Shown here: positions 1-8,138 of the stretch, in pieces | How positions within the stretch are numbered: position 1 is the stretch's first letter | How the letters are laid out: each line of letters begins with the position of its first letter | From: a virus | Taxonomy: Duplodnaviria; Heunggongvirae; Uroviricota; Caudoviricetes | Reading direction: 5' to 3' (one strand) | DNA: 40,595 bases | IMG/VR virus record: IMGVR_UViG_2541047967_000005 | Location: 1 to 40,595 of that record | Made by a program: the position numbers and the translations under genes | The notes under the pieces: model-generated | What the model was told of the DNA's origin: nothing | Databases searched by the model: none | The model's input: the letters and a program-made list of their open reading frames with translations, nothing else

Positions 1-516
1 ATGAAATTAAAAAAATGTCTTCTGCCTGTGGCAATGTTAGCGTCATTTACTCTGGCAGGATGCCAGTCAAATGCTGATGATCATGCCGCCGATGTTTATC
101 AAACCGATCAACTGAATACCAAACAAGAAACTAAAACCGTTAATATTATTTCCATTCTTCCCGCAAAAGTTGCCGTAGACAACGCCCAAAATAAACGGAA
201 CGCACAAGCCTTCGGCGCGCTTATTGGCGCTGTCGCTGGCGGTGTTATCGGCCACAACGTCGGGTCTGGCAGCAATTCCGGAACGACAGCAGGTGCAGTT
301 GGCGGCGGAGCTGTTGGCGCAGCAGCGGGTTCTATGGTGAATGATAAAACCTTAGTGGAAGGTGTTTCTTTAACATATAAGGAAGGCACCAAAGTGTATA
401 CCTCCACCCAGGTGGGTAAAGAGTGCCAGTTTACGACAGGTTTAGCCGTTGTTATTACCACGACGTATAACGAAACGCGTATTCAGCCAAATACCAAATG
501 TCCTGAAAAGAGCTAA
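1..516 (+). CDS. Glycine-zipper outer-membrane lipoprotein (SlyB/YcfJ-like); host-flanking or cargo
   Basis: ATG at position 1; lipobox LAGC after a signal peptide; Gly-rich zipper (GALIGAVAGGVIGHNVG...) resembling the YcfJ/SlyB family; stop at 514-516. Confidence 0.55.
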   Translation: MKLKKCLLPVAMLASFTLAGCQSNADDHAADVYQTDQLNTKQETKTVNIISILPAKVAVDNAQNKRNAQAFGALIGAVAGGVIGHNVGSGSNSGTTAGAVGGGAVGAAAGSMVNDKTLVEGVSLTYKEGTKVYTSTQVGKECQFTTGLAVVITTTYNETRIQPNTKCPEKS

Positions 517-531
517 TAATCAGGAGGAGTC

Positions 532-1071
532 ATGAAGAAAGTTTTTCTTTGCGCCATCTTAGCCTCCTTAAGCTATCCGGCTATCGCCTCATCATTGCAG
601 GATCAACTCTCGGCTGTCGCAGAAGCGGAACAGCAAGGTAAAAATGAAGAGCAAAGGCAGCATGACGAATGGGTCGCGGAGCGCAACAGGGAAATCCAGC
701 AAGAGAAGCAACGTCGCGCAAACGCCCAGGCCGCGGCTAATAAAAGAGCGGCAACGGCAGCAGCGAATAAGAAAGCTCGTCAGGATAAACTGGACGCCGA
801 AGCCACTGCGGACAAAAAACGCGATCAAAGTTATGAAGATGAGCTACGTAGCTTAGAGATTCAGAAGCAAAAACTGGCGCTGGCGAAAGAAGAAGCCCGC
901 GTTAAGCGCGAAAACGAATTTATCGATCAGGAACTGAAGCACAAAGCTGCGCAAACCGATGTGGTGCAATCTGAAGCTGACGCAAACAGAAATATGACTG
1001 AAGGCGGTCGCGATCTGATGAAAAGCGTGGGTAAAGCAGAAGAGAACAAATCGGACAGCTGGTTTAACTAA
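532..1071 (+). CDS. Secreted coiled-coil protein of unknown function, co-transcribed with the upstream lipoprotein
   Basis: Strong RBS caggaggag 6 nt upstream of ATG 532; N-terminal signal peptide (MKKVFLCAILASLSYPAIA); charged Q/E/K/R/A-rich coiled-coil-like body. Confidence 0.55.
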   Translation: MKKVFLCAILASLSYPAIASSLQDQLSAVAEAEQQGKNEEQRQHDEWVAERNREIQQEKQRRANAQAAANKRAATAAANKKARQDKLDAEATADKKRDQSYEDELRSLEIQKQKLALAKEEARVKRENEFIDQELKHKAAQTDVVQSEADANRNMTEGGRDLMKSVGKAEENKSDSWFN

Positions 1072-1115
1072 GCGATGTCAGTAACTTCAAGCCTATGATT
1101 CGTGAGTATAAAAAA

Positions 1116-1142
1116 CCCTCTGTAGTAACAGAGGGTTTTGTT
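1116..1142. terminator. Rho-independent terminator downstream of the 532-1071 gene
   Basis: Stem ccctctg / cagaggg with 6-nt loop followed by tttt; A-run on the 5' side allows bidirectional use. Confidence 0.6.
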
Positions 1143-1171
1143 CATTCATAGTACAGGGTTCAAATCATTCC

Positions 1172-1208
1172 CACTCAATTATTTACGGACACCATAACTA
1201 ATTGAGTG
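1172..1208. repeat. Perfect 10-bp inverted repeat with 17-bp spacer at the left prophage boundary
   Basis: cactcaatta ... taattgagtg, exact reverse complements; position verified against the TTG-initiated ORF at 1202. Confidence 0.5.
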
Positions 1209-1289
1209 ATAACATTTTTCCAAAGATGAATTTTTCTCGTACCGTTTTATATACCGTCACCGGAAATCAGTACCATGAAAAATGCCATG

Positions 1290-1772
1290 CTATCTGGTCA
1301 GTGTGTCGTACTGTTTTTCGCAGACTCTTCCGGCTTCGGCTGCCCGGTCAGCATACTCTGCCAGTTGTCTGTTTCTCTCGAGAGATTTGCTGAGCACGTC
1401 GGCAAGCAAAACTCCGGTGTCTGCGGCTGACGTCCCAGCGCCGACAATGGCGTTATACTGCCTGAGCTGCTCACGGATGGCAAAGAGTTGTTGCTGCAAC
1501 CGGCCAGCGCGAGCGGCAGCATCAAGAGCATCATTGCGCGCCTGGTCGATCCTCTGCTGAGCTTCACGTTCATTGGCCACTTTCTCCTGTTCGTAGTACT
1601 GACGAACTTTGTCTTCTTCGGCTTTGCGGTCTTCTTCCGCCTGCGCATACCCGGCATCGTACTGGCGACTGCCGTGTATATTCCAGGAAACCACTCCGAC
1701 GATGAACAGAGCAGCAAGCATCAACACAATAAGCATCTGTTTCCAATATGCTTTTACGAATGCCCAGATCAT
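1290..1772 (-). CDS. Rz-like i-spanin
   Basis: N-terminal transmembrane segment then long charged coiled coil; start overlaps the endolysin stop (ATGA); last gene of the lysis cassette. Confidence 0.7.
   Translation of the reverse strand: MIWAFVKAYWKQMLIVLMLAALFIVGVVSWNIHGSRQYDAGYAQAEEDRKAEEDKVRQYYEQEKVANEREAQQRIDQARNDALDAAARAGRLQQQLFAIREQLRQYNAIVGAGTSAADTGVLLADVLSKSLERNRQLAEYADRAAEAGRVCEKQYDTLTR
1298..1534 (-). CDS. Rz1-like o-spanin lipoprotein embedded in the +1 frame of Rz
   Basis: Internal start MMLLMLPLALAGC with lipobox LAGC; Pro-containing mature part; lies entirely inside the Rz gene, the classic embedded Rz/Rz1 architecture. Confidence 0.55.
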   Translation of the reverse strand: MMLLMLPLALAGCSNNSLPSVSSSGSITPLSALGRQPQTPEFCLPTCSANLSRETDNWQSMLTGQPKPEESAKNSTTH

Positions 1773-2398
1773 ATAGCCAGCACCTTACTGGCAGTGACGT
1801 ACCGCGCGCGCCGGTCGTCGATGCCGTTCCGGCCACCATTGATAATCAGAGTTACACGTGCAATATCGCCGGTATACTTCATGCATCCTTTGCTGGCAAA
1901 GAACCACGCCGCGCTACGAGCCGCGTATTCGTCCTGCGCCAGCAGTTCAGGACTCTCCAGCAGGTCAACCTTAAGACCGTTTCCACAGTCACGATAGTTA
2001 TTCAAACCGGTAATCTGGATAAGTCCGCGACCACGGTAATTCCAGCCATCACCAGAGGCATTGTTACCCATGCGTTTGCTGTACACCAGATTTGCGATCG
2101 CGCGCTGGCGCTCGAGTGGCAATGGTGGCTCACCAGCACGGCGGCCCAGTGCGTTAGCCTGTCCCTGGGTGAGACGCCCAGCCCGAACGAAGTTAGCCAG
2201 TCCGGTGACGCTGTAGTTGAAATTTTCCTGCAACCGGTTGAAGCCACCAGACTCATGCCCGACCTGAGCAATAAACATTGCCTGATCTTCGGGTTTGCTG
2301 ATACCAAACTCTTTCATCGCAGAAGTTATATGCGAGAACCAGCGTGCGGCCAGCGCCTCGCTAATACCAGCAGCTCGCTGGAATTGTTTAATCTCCAT
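1769..2398 (-). CDS. Endolysin, glycoside hydrolase family 19 (chitinase-like lysozyme)
   Basis: Internal ATG (MEIKQF...) chosen over the long track ORF; GH19 signature NYRGRGLIQITGLNNY plus AAWFF motif; sits between holin-like and Rz genes. Confidence 0.8.
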   Translation of the reverse strand: MEIKQFQRAAGISEALAARWFSHITSAMKEFGISKPEDQAMFIAQVGHESGGFNRLQENFNYSVTGLANFVRAGRLTQGQANALGRRAGEPPLPLERQRAIANLVYSKRMGNNASGDGWNYRGRGLIQITGLNNYRDCGNGLKVDLLESPELLAQDEYAARSAAWFFASKGCMKYTGDIARVTLIINGGRNGIDDRRARYVTASKVLAI

Positions 2399-2696
2399 GT
2401 TTAGACCTCGATATTTTGAAAATATGAACAACGTTACCGCGTGTTTTAATAACCGCGGCAAGCATGACAGCGTTGATAATGACCTCAGATAAATCCACAG
2501 CCATTGGCGTGCGTAACCAGATTGCATAGACGACACGAACAGGAATACTTGCCGCAGCAACAATAAGGAAATAAGCAAGCCACCCTCCCCATCTTCGATG
2601 TTGAGAGCCGTTACGCCGGAATGTGACAACGCGAATTGCTATGCCAGTACAAATAACTGCATTGGTGATAAGCAAAAAAAACTCATGCGTTACCAT
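2388..2696 (-). CDS. Holin-like / antiholin-like small membrane protein
   Basis: 102 aa with 2-3 hydrophobic helices and charged C-terminus; RBS ggggag upstream; overlaps the endolysin start. Confidence 0.45.
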   Translation of the reverse strand: MVTHEFFLLITNAVICTGIAIRVVTFRRNGSQHRRWGGWLAYFLIVAAASIPVRVVYAIWLRTPMAVDLSEVIINAVMLAAVIKTRGNVVHIFKISRSKHGD

Positions 2697-3087
2697 CGTC
2701 TTTTCTCCCCGGAATTAACTCGCGTGGATTATCGGAACGGTGATAGAGCCAGATGCCAATACGCACGGCGACAATTGCTGACACGAATGCGCCTGCAGAG
2801 AAAACAATCCCTTTTTCAAAAGAGTCCTGCGTGATGGTAGGGATCAGGCTGGCTATGCCGATAAGAATTGATGCTGCTGGTTTGTAAAAGAGAAGGCCGC
2901 AAAGAAAGCTGAGCATCGACAGGAGCACCCGGCGACGGATGGGGTACTCTACTGCAGAGGTAACAAAAATTACCGCCCCAGCCAAAGCCCCTAAAGCAAC
3001 CTCCGGAGGGACACCTGCAATAACCGCAGCAAGAGAACTAACACTAAGCCACTGATTTGAAGTTTCATTGGTTAGTTGGAATGACAT
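2683..3087 (-). CDS. Putative holin (multi-pass membrane protein)
   Basis: 134 aa, 3-4 predicted TM helices, immediately upstream of the holin-like and endolysin genes on the same strand. Confidence 0.45.
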   Translation of the reverse strand: MSFQLTNETSNQWLSVSSLAAVIAGVPPEVALGALAGAVIFVTSAVEYPIRRRVLLSMLSFLCGLLFYKPAASILIGIASLIPTITQDSFEKGIVFSAGAFVSAIVAVRIGIWLYHRSDNPRELIPGRKDDGNA

Positions 3088-3159
3088 AACGAAACCCGTT
3101 TATTTGCAAACACCCTGCTTCAGGAAAAGTATACCGCGCAACAACACACCATTTACGGT

Positions 3160-5622
3160 TCAATTCCCTGTTAATTGCAAAACTTGCTCTTCCAGCTTTT
3201 TAACCCTGCGTCTCATCATCGCAGATTCCAGAATCAGAGCCTCTTCATAACGGATACCGTAACATTCACCAGCCTCGACGGCTTCGCGTACCAGAACCTT
3301 TGTCTGTATAAGTGGGTAAACTCCTGCAGAATGCTCTTCTTCCGTCACATCCCTGTATTCTGCCGGGGTCTCATTCCACTTGTCATAACAGATAAATGCC
3401 AGTCGTGACACATCTATGCCTTCATTCTGAAATACACTGATAACATGCTGCGCAACTGCACCAAAGTGCCATCTTGCTCCGTCTTTACCTTTCACTTCGA
3501 TCCTGTCAAGGTACTGGTATGAAACCCATTCCACTCTTTCCCATGCGTCCAGTATTTTCTCATCAATAACCTCTGGAGCAGTCTTGAAACGCGCATCGGA
3601 CAGCACCGTAAACGCTGACTGGGTAAATCCCCCCGACCATGCACGACCAGCCAACCCAAGAGAATAAGTATTCGTTGTCGATGGTGTCATGGCTGAATCA
3701 GAAAACTGTATATATTCTGAATTTCCAGTAGATATTCGAATATTTCCATTTATTAGCGACATAGTGCCTTTAGTATTATCACTATTGAATAATTTCAATT
3801 GCGAACTTATACCGCCTCCCACAGCCAGAGATACATCGCCTTCAGCAAGCATTCTGAATTTATCTGCAGAAACAAGCGTCTGGTTAGCAAGGTTAAAATA
3901 TTTAACCCACCATTCAAAACGCCCTGACATAGTCCCAACGTACTGACCAAGCGCAGGGACGTGAACAACATTGCTATTTGTAGTGCCGTCTATACTGGAA
4001 ATACCAGTCACCGCTGATGCAGAACTCAGAATATTATTTCTGTCACCCGGATGTTTAATTTCAACAAAGTTCCTGATACACCCTTCCTCGAAGGTAACCA
4101 CGCCGGAAGAACTATACATGGGGAATATTGACGCATAATTACTGCGTGCAGCATCTAAGAAACGAATGGTTGTAGATGCCTGCAGATCTCCTGATTCATT
4201 TTTCCCATCACACCCAGTCATTAGAATATTACTGGCAATATTATTATTTCCCTGAACGGTGACGCCGTGCGCCTGCTTTGCGTCCGATTCAGAGTAATCA
4301 ACCAGCACATCCGAAATCAGGTTACCAGTCCCCTTGCCAACAACTACTGCGGCGTATTTTGGGTTGTTAGCCATTACACTGCTAATGATATTATTCGTTG
4401 GGGCAGTTTCCGTCTCAGTTCCATTGTAAACAACGTGCTGACACTCTTCACCAATAACATTGCTGACAATGTTATATTTTGCTGCTGTTTTAAGTTCCAC
4501 TGCACCAAACTGAGGATAATTTCTGGCTATCACACCATCAATTAGCGTATTTTGCGATGAATCAAAAAGCACACAACCTGCTTTTTTATTATTTGCGAAC
4601 CCTAAATACTCTCCTCTTATATCTCTAACAATGTAACCTGACGGAATACCATTATCCGGATAAGCGATCAAGCTAAATCCTGGTCCTCGCGTATTTGTAA
4701 ATCTGATATTTTTAACCGATACATCATGGCCACCTGAAAATGACACCTGGTGTCCCTGCACACTATCATCTGATTTATTTCCCATAATTGTTAGCGTACT
4801 AAGCATGCCACCATCGGGCATGTTAAAAACCAGATGATTACCATCTCTGTCATACTGTTTTATCGTTCCCCCACCTGTTCCGTACAAGCCACAACGTGAA
4901 AGAGAAACTAAAGATGTATTGAATACCCCTTCCGGAACAAAAACACTGCTAAACGAATGTAATGATTTTGTAAAAGCATCCTTGTTATCATTTAAGATTC
5001 CATTTTGAGCTCCAAAATCCTTAATGCTGACACCATCACGCATCTTATCCTGGAACGTTCTGTATACCGCTCCAGAACCATACTGAATAAACCAACCAAA
5101 ACCACCAATAACTCCGGCGATTGCAGCATCGACATAATTACGCATTGAGCGATTATTTACAGCGTCCTGCTCAAGTGATGGATCGGCAAGGTTAGATATT
5201 CTGTTTTGCTTTGCATCGTAATATTTTGCAAGCAAAGATGGTTTCATCAATGCACGTCTGAACCACCCAAAACATCGCTGGATCAGCATCGTCAGGTAGT
5301 CAAATGCATCCTCATGAACTTCGGGGAAAAATTTTCCCTGATTGCGAAGATCAGTCTCCTGCACCACATCAAGCACACGCTCTATCGTGATTCGCCAGCC
5401 AGCAGCAAGCGGCGACGGAAGAACCACTGCACCGCCACTATAAGTTCCCGCCCCTGTTACCGTATAACCAGCATCCAGCACTAGTTTTGTAACGTTACCG
5501 TTAAGGTCAGACACCTGAACAACCAGGTCGGATTTTTTGAAAATACGGAAGGTATACGGAAATGATGTCGTAACGCCGTTACCTGTGTATTCGTTGTGGT
5601 CAACTTCGGTTGAGACCGTCAT
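3160..5622 (-). CDS. Tailspike / tail fiber with T7 gp17-like N-terminal anchor, central beta-helix domain and C-terminal S74 intramolecular chaperone
   Basis: N-terminus (YTGNGVTTSFPYTF ... RISNLADPSLEQDAV) resembles T7-type tail fiber N-domains; C-terminal ~146 aa (SDARFKTAPEVIDEKILDAWERV ... HFGAVAQHV ... coiled-coil tail) matches the endosialidase-chaperone S74 pattern; RBS ggag upstream. Confidence 0.8.
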   Translation of the reverse strand: MTVSTEVDHNEYTGNGVTTSFPYTFRIFKKSDLVVQVSDLNGNVTKLVLDAGYTVTGAGTYSGGAVVLPSPLAAGWRITIERVLDVVQETDLRNQGKFFPEVHEDAFDYLTMLIQRCFGWFRRALMKPSLLAKYYDAKQNRISNLADPSLEQDAVNNRSMRNYVDAAIAGVIGGFGWFIQYGSGAVYRTFQDKMRDGVSIKDFGAQNGILNDNKDAFTKSLHSFSSVFVPEGVFNTSLVSLSRCGLYGTGGGTIKQYDRDGNHLVFNMPDGGMLSTLTIMGNKSDDSVQGHQVSFSGGHDVSVKNIRFTNTRGPGFSLIAYPDNGIPSGYIVRDIRGEYLGFANNKKAGCVLFDSSQNTLIDGVIARNYPQFGAVELKTAAKYNIVSNVIGEECQHVVYNGTETETAPTNNIISSVMANNPKYAAVVVGKGTGNLISDVLVDYSESDAKQAHGVTVQGNNNIASNILMTGCDGKNESGDLQASTTIRFLDAARSNYASIFPMYSSSGVVTFEEGCIRNFVEIKHPGDRNNILSSASAVTGISSIDGTTNSNVVHVPALGQYVGTMSGRFEWWVKYFNLANQTLVSADKFRMLAEGDVSLAVGGGISSQLKLFNSDNTKGTMSLINGNIRISTGNSEYIQFSDSAMTPSTTNTYSLGLAGRAWSGGFTQSAFTVLSDARFKTAPEVIDEKILDAWERVEWVSYQYLDRIEVKGKDGARWHFGAVAQHVISVFQNEGIDVSRLAFICYDKWNETPAEYRDVTEEEHSAGVYPLIQTKVLVREAVEAGECYGIRYEEALILESAMMRRRVKKLEEQVLQLTGN

Positions 5623-5726
5623 GTTAAATCTCCAGATAGTCGCAGCACCCGTTGCGCCGCATATCTGGTTATTCTATTACCCAAAAAACCATATATGGAT
5701 AGAAAGACTGTGAATATGAATAGATA

Positions 5727-5741
5727 TTACCTTTCAGGTAA
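5727..5741. promoter_or_regulatory. Operator-like palindrome TTACC-N5-GGTAA
   Basis: ttacctttcaggtaa; upstream of the LexA box and the 5819 gene; same 16-mer as at 25185-25200. Confidence 0.5.
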
Positions 5742-5778
5742 TTTGCAAAACGTGCTGGATAGCAAACAAATTATTTGC

Positions 5779-5798
5779 TACTGTATAAATATACAGTT
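5779..5798 (+). promoter_or_regulatory. LexA (SOS) box overlapping the promoter of the downstream small gene
   Basis: tactgtataaatatacagtt: CTGT-N8-ACAG with AT-rich spacer, close to the E. coli consensus TACTGTATATATATACAGTA; contains a -10-like tataaa. Confidence 0.75.
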
Positions 5799-5818
5799 AT
5801 TGCATGGAGAAGATTAAG

Positions 5819-6076
5819 ATGCAGCAGTATCACTATCCACTGGAAGAGGGATTTACCGAAAGGATTCACACGCCGGGAGGCGTCAGGTCACTGGTGGAGG
5901 GATCGCACTTGATGAAATTACTCCGGGATCTCGATAAGGATGGATTTAATGTCGATGGCCCACTTGCCGAACTGACTGCACTGATTAACTACGTCACCAG
6001 CTCACAGATGTCTATGCAGGATCTGCAAACACATCTCGACTATTGTGCCGAACAATTACGAAAACAAACCAGATAA
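5819..6076 (+). CDS. Small SOS-regulated anti-repressor-like protein (C-domain paralogue of the Bro proteins)
   Basis: RBS ggagaag 8 nt upstream of ATG 5819 (the track ORF starts at 5804, inside the RBS); C-terminal motif AELTALINYV ... DLQTHLDY parallels AELTTMFCYIV ... DIQTHAEY of both Bro-N proteins; LexA box directly upstream. Confidence 0.6.
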   Translation: MQQYHYPLEEGFTERIHTPGGVRSLVEGSHLMKLLRDLDKDGFNVDGPLAELTALINYVTSSQMSMQDLQTHLDYCAEQLRKQTR

Positions 6077-6212
6077 GATTTGAAATTACCAATAGGAGTG
6101 CTTATATTTACCTTTGCAGTAAATTTACATCGCACTCCTCTTGTGCCATAGTAATCGGGCACTGGCAAAATCCAGTGCCGGGATTGGCGTCCCGGGTTAC
6201 TAAGTGGCGCAT

Positions 6213-6235
6213 ACCACGCCAGACGTGGTTTTTTT
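6213..6235 (+). terminator. Rho-independent terminator inside the Bro1 leader
   Basis: ccacg ccaga cgtgg followed by seven T; a matching hairpin plus T-run sits at the mirrored position upstream of Bro2. Confidence 0.6.
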
Positions 6236-6391
6236 ATGCGTTAAGCACAGCTATATCCGAATTATGGTGGGCTGGGCAGGGGTCCGAAAGGACGCCGGTA
6301 CCACTTAGGCCGGTACGCCAACCTTGTCCAGTTCACCACCAGTAATTGGCGTTGCGGTGGTGATTAAAATCACTAAGTGGAGATAACCACC

Positions 6392-7102
6392 ATGGCTAAT
6401 GCTCAAACTGCCATCTTCAAATTTGAATCTGTTAACCCTATCCGTTCCATCATTATCGATGGCCAACCATGGTTTGTAGCCCAAGACGTTTGTAGTGCGC
6501 TGCGTATCCAAAACGTCACCCAAGCACTTGAAAAACTGGATGATGATGAAAGGTCTATGTTCAACATAGGGCATGAACATCGTGCAATTTTTGACAGCCG
6601 AGTAAAAGAGATCAACATTATCTCCGAGTCAGGCCTCTACACACTGATCCTCCGCTGCCGCGACGCAGTGACACCAGGCACTATCCCCTACCGCTTTCGT
6701 AAATGGGTTACAGGTGAGGTTCTTCCTCAGATCCGCCGCACCGGAAGTTACATTAAAAACTCGCTCCCGCAGGAAGAACGCATAAAGATGGTTGCCGACC
6801 AGGTAGCCAACGCCACGGCGTCAGCAGTAATGCAGGCGATGAAGATAGAGAACAAAACCTACAGCGCCCCACTGAAGCCCGGCTACCGCAGCCTGATTCA
6901 TTCGCCGTCTGGTGTTCTCGGCCTGACGGAGAACTCACTGCTGATGAATCTGCTGAACCAGTTACAGGAAGACGGGCACGATGTATCGGGCGCGGCGGCG
7001 GAGCTGACCACCATGTTCTGCTACATCGTCGGTGTGAGCAAATGCCTGCGTGATATCCAGACCCACGCGGAGTACATCAACGACAAAGCAGGATTCTTCT
7101 GA
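6392..7102 (+). CDS. Bro-N domain anti-repressor-like protein (paralogue 1)
   Basis: RBS ggag 9 nt upstream of ATG 6392; Bro-N pattern (IFKFESVNPIRSIIIDGQPWFVAQDVCSAL); C-terminal 158 aa identical to the 8373-9059 product. Confidence 0.75.
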   Translation: MANAQTAIFKFESVNPIRSIIIDGQPWFVAQDVCSALRIQNVTQALEKLDDDERSMFNIGHEHRAIFDSRVKEINIISESGLYTLILRCRDAVTPGTIPYRFRKWVTGEVLPQIRRTGSYIKNSLPQEERIKMVADQVANATASAVMQAMKIENKTYSAPLKPGYRSLIHSPSGVLGLTENSLLMNLLNQLQEDGHDVSGAAAELTTMFCYIVGVSKCLRDIQTHAEYINDKAGFF

Positions 7103-7174
7103 CGGGCGGCGGCACAGGGATGTGCCTTTAAATAATTCTGTACAGATTGCAGACCGGGGGTGAATAGCGTACTA

Positions 7175-7189
7175 TTACCTTAAAGGTAA
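7175..7189. promoter_or_regulatory. Operator-like palindrome TTACC-N5-GGTAA upstream of the cargo cassette
   Basis: ttaccttaaaggtaa, about 45 nt upstream of the 7232 start. Confidence 0.5.
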
Positions 7190-7231
7190 ACCTGTTTTTA
7201 TTTTATACCTGTAACTTACCGGAGATTAAAG

Positions 7232-7558
7232 ATGACAAAACTTGGATTCGTGATGAGAGGTCCGGTAAGAAGCGGAACTCATGCAAAGCGTAGCAAGAGT
7301 CGTATTTTTACTGGTAAGGTTGTAGCACGTAAATCAGCTATTGGCTCGTTCAATAGTGAAAATGCGGCATTGCGCCATATTTTTATCAGCACAAAGCCAA
7401 GAGCATCCGCTGATGTGCATACAATGTCTATTCCTATCACAAAGAATATCAAGCGGATAAAAAAGCTCTCATCTGCAGAATCAAAAGAGATATCTTTCCG
7501 CCAGCTTAACTCATTAGAAACGCATATGAAGGAAGAGGAATTCGATGTTTTTGAGTGA
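7232..7558 (+). CDS. Basic 108-aa protein of unknown function; first gene of the low-GC two-gene cassette (candidate antitoxin/immunity partner)
   Basis: RBS ggag 7 nt upstream; Lys/Arg-rich N-terminus, acidic C-terminus (EEEFDVFE); AT-rich with AGA codons; 3' end overlaps the next gene by 14 nt. Confidence 0.5.
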   Translation: MTKLGFVMRGPVRSGTHAKRSKSRIFTGKVVARKSAIGSFNSENAALRHIFISTKPRASADVHTMSIPITKNIKRIKKLSSAESKEISFRQLNSLETHMKEEEFDVFE

Positions 7559-8057
7559 GTATAGCGGGAAGGTTATACCTACTGGTGAGTTTAAAACTGA
7601 TGACTTTCTGATTTCGCTAAAAGATGCTTTTAAACAACACTGGCGTCATGGTCATCATCCTGATCTGGGAAAAGATACTCTTTTTGAAAGACCAGACGAA
7701 GTATTAGGCTTCCATCTCAGAAAGGTTCATGTCAATATTGGTGAATATGCATCATATTCATACTCATGTACTGAACAGTGTTGGGATGAGTGGTCATATG
7801 GATTGATTGATGAACAAGGAAATTACAGGCCAAAACCAACCAGTAACGCATATCTCATATATGCAGTCAATGAAATAAGAGATGCAGCCTTACTAGCTTA
7901 TTGGGACCCGCCCGCACACACCAAAGCTAACGCAAAAGTTTGGATGGATTCCGTATTGAATTTCACAAAATTATTTCATGAACGAACGAATACAGCTCCA
8001 CTTAGTAGAAATGTTTATCCGTGGGATTATTCGTACAAATCCAAAAAGCCTGCATAG
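7545..8057 (+). CDS. 170-aa protein of unknown function; second gene of the cassette (candidate toxin/effector, possibly YafO-like)
   Basis: Strong RBS ggaagagga upstream of ATG 7545; translationally coupled to the upstream ORF; low GC; motifs (LFERPDEVLGFHL ... AYLIYAV ... ALLAYWDPPAH) loosely recall YafO-family toxins from memory, not verified. Confidence 0.5.
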   Translation: MFLSEYSGKVIPTGEFKTDDFLISLKDAFKQHWRHGHHPDLGKDTLFERPDEVLGFHLRKVHVNIGEYASYSYSCTEQCWDEWSYGLIDEQGNYRPKPTSNAYLIYAVNEIRDAALLAYWDPPAHTKANAKVWMDSVLNFTKLFHERTNTAPLSRNVYPWDYSYKSKKPA

Positions 8058-8138
8058 TAGTTTTTTATGGACGAAACAAAAGTCAGTGCTACACTCATTG
8101 ACGCCACATTGAGGTGGCTTATAGATGGAAATTTCACA

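Larger units (their letters stand above)
6108..7134 (+). repeat. Left arm of a ~1-kb imperfect inverted repeat (partner 8350-9340)
   Basis: Leader (6114-6200) is the reverse complement of 9243-9330; coding 3' half (6626-7102) encodes 158 aa identical to Bro2 with a few synonymous nucleotide differences. Confidence 0.8.

Noticed and set aside
1298-1717. Full-length 139-aa ORF in the +1 frame of Rz
   Set aside because: Only the C-terminal part starting at MMLLMLPLALAGC (1298-1534) has a lipobox and fits an Rz1 o-spanin; the N-terminal extension is a frame artefact.
5727-5741. Assigning the TTACC-N5-GGTAA sites to a known host regulator (MqsA-type ACCT/AGGT palindromes, CRP, IHF)
   Set aside because: Only some copies contain ACCT-N3-AGGT; the conserved positions are the outer TTACC/GGTAA, and spacing does not fit CRP or IHF consensus. 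A phage-encoded binder is more plausible.
6753-6938. Mirrored 61-aa ORFs inside both inverted-repeat arms (6753-6938 minus and 8537-8722 plus)
   Set aside because: They are antisense shadows of the conserved Bro C-terminal coding region; their conservation is explained by the repeat itself.
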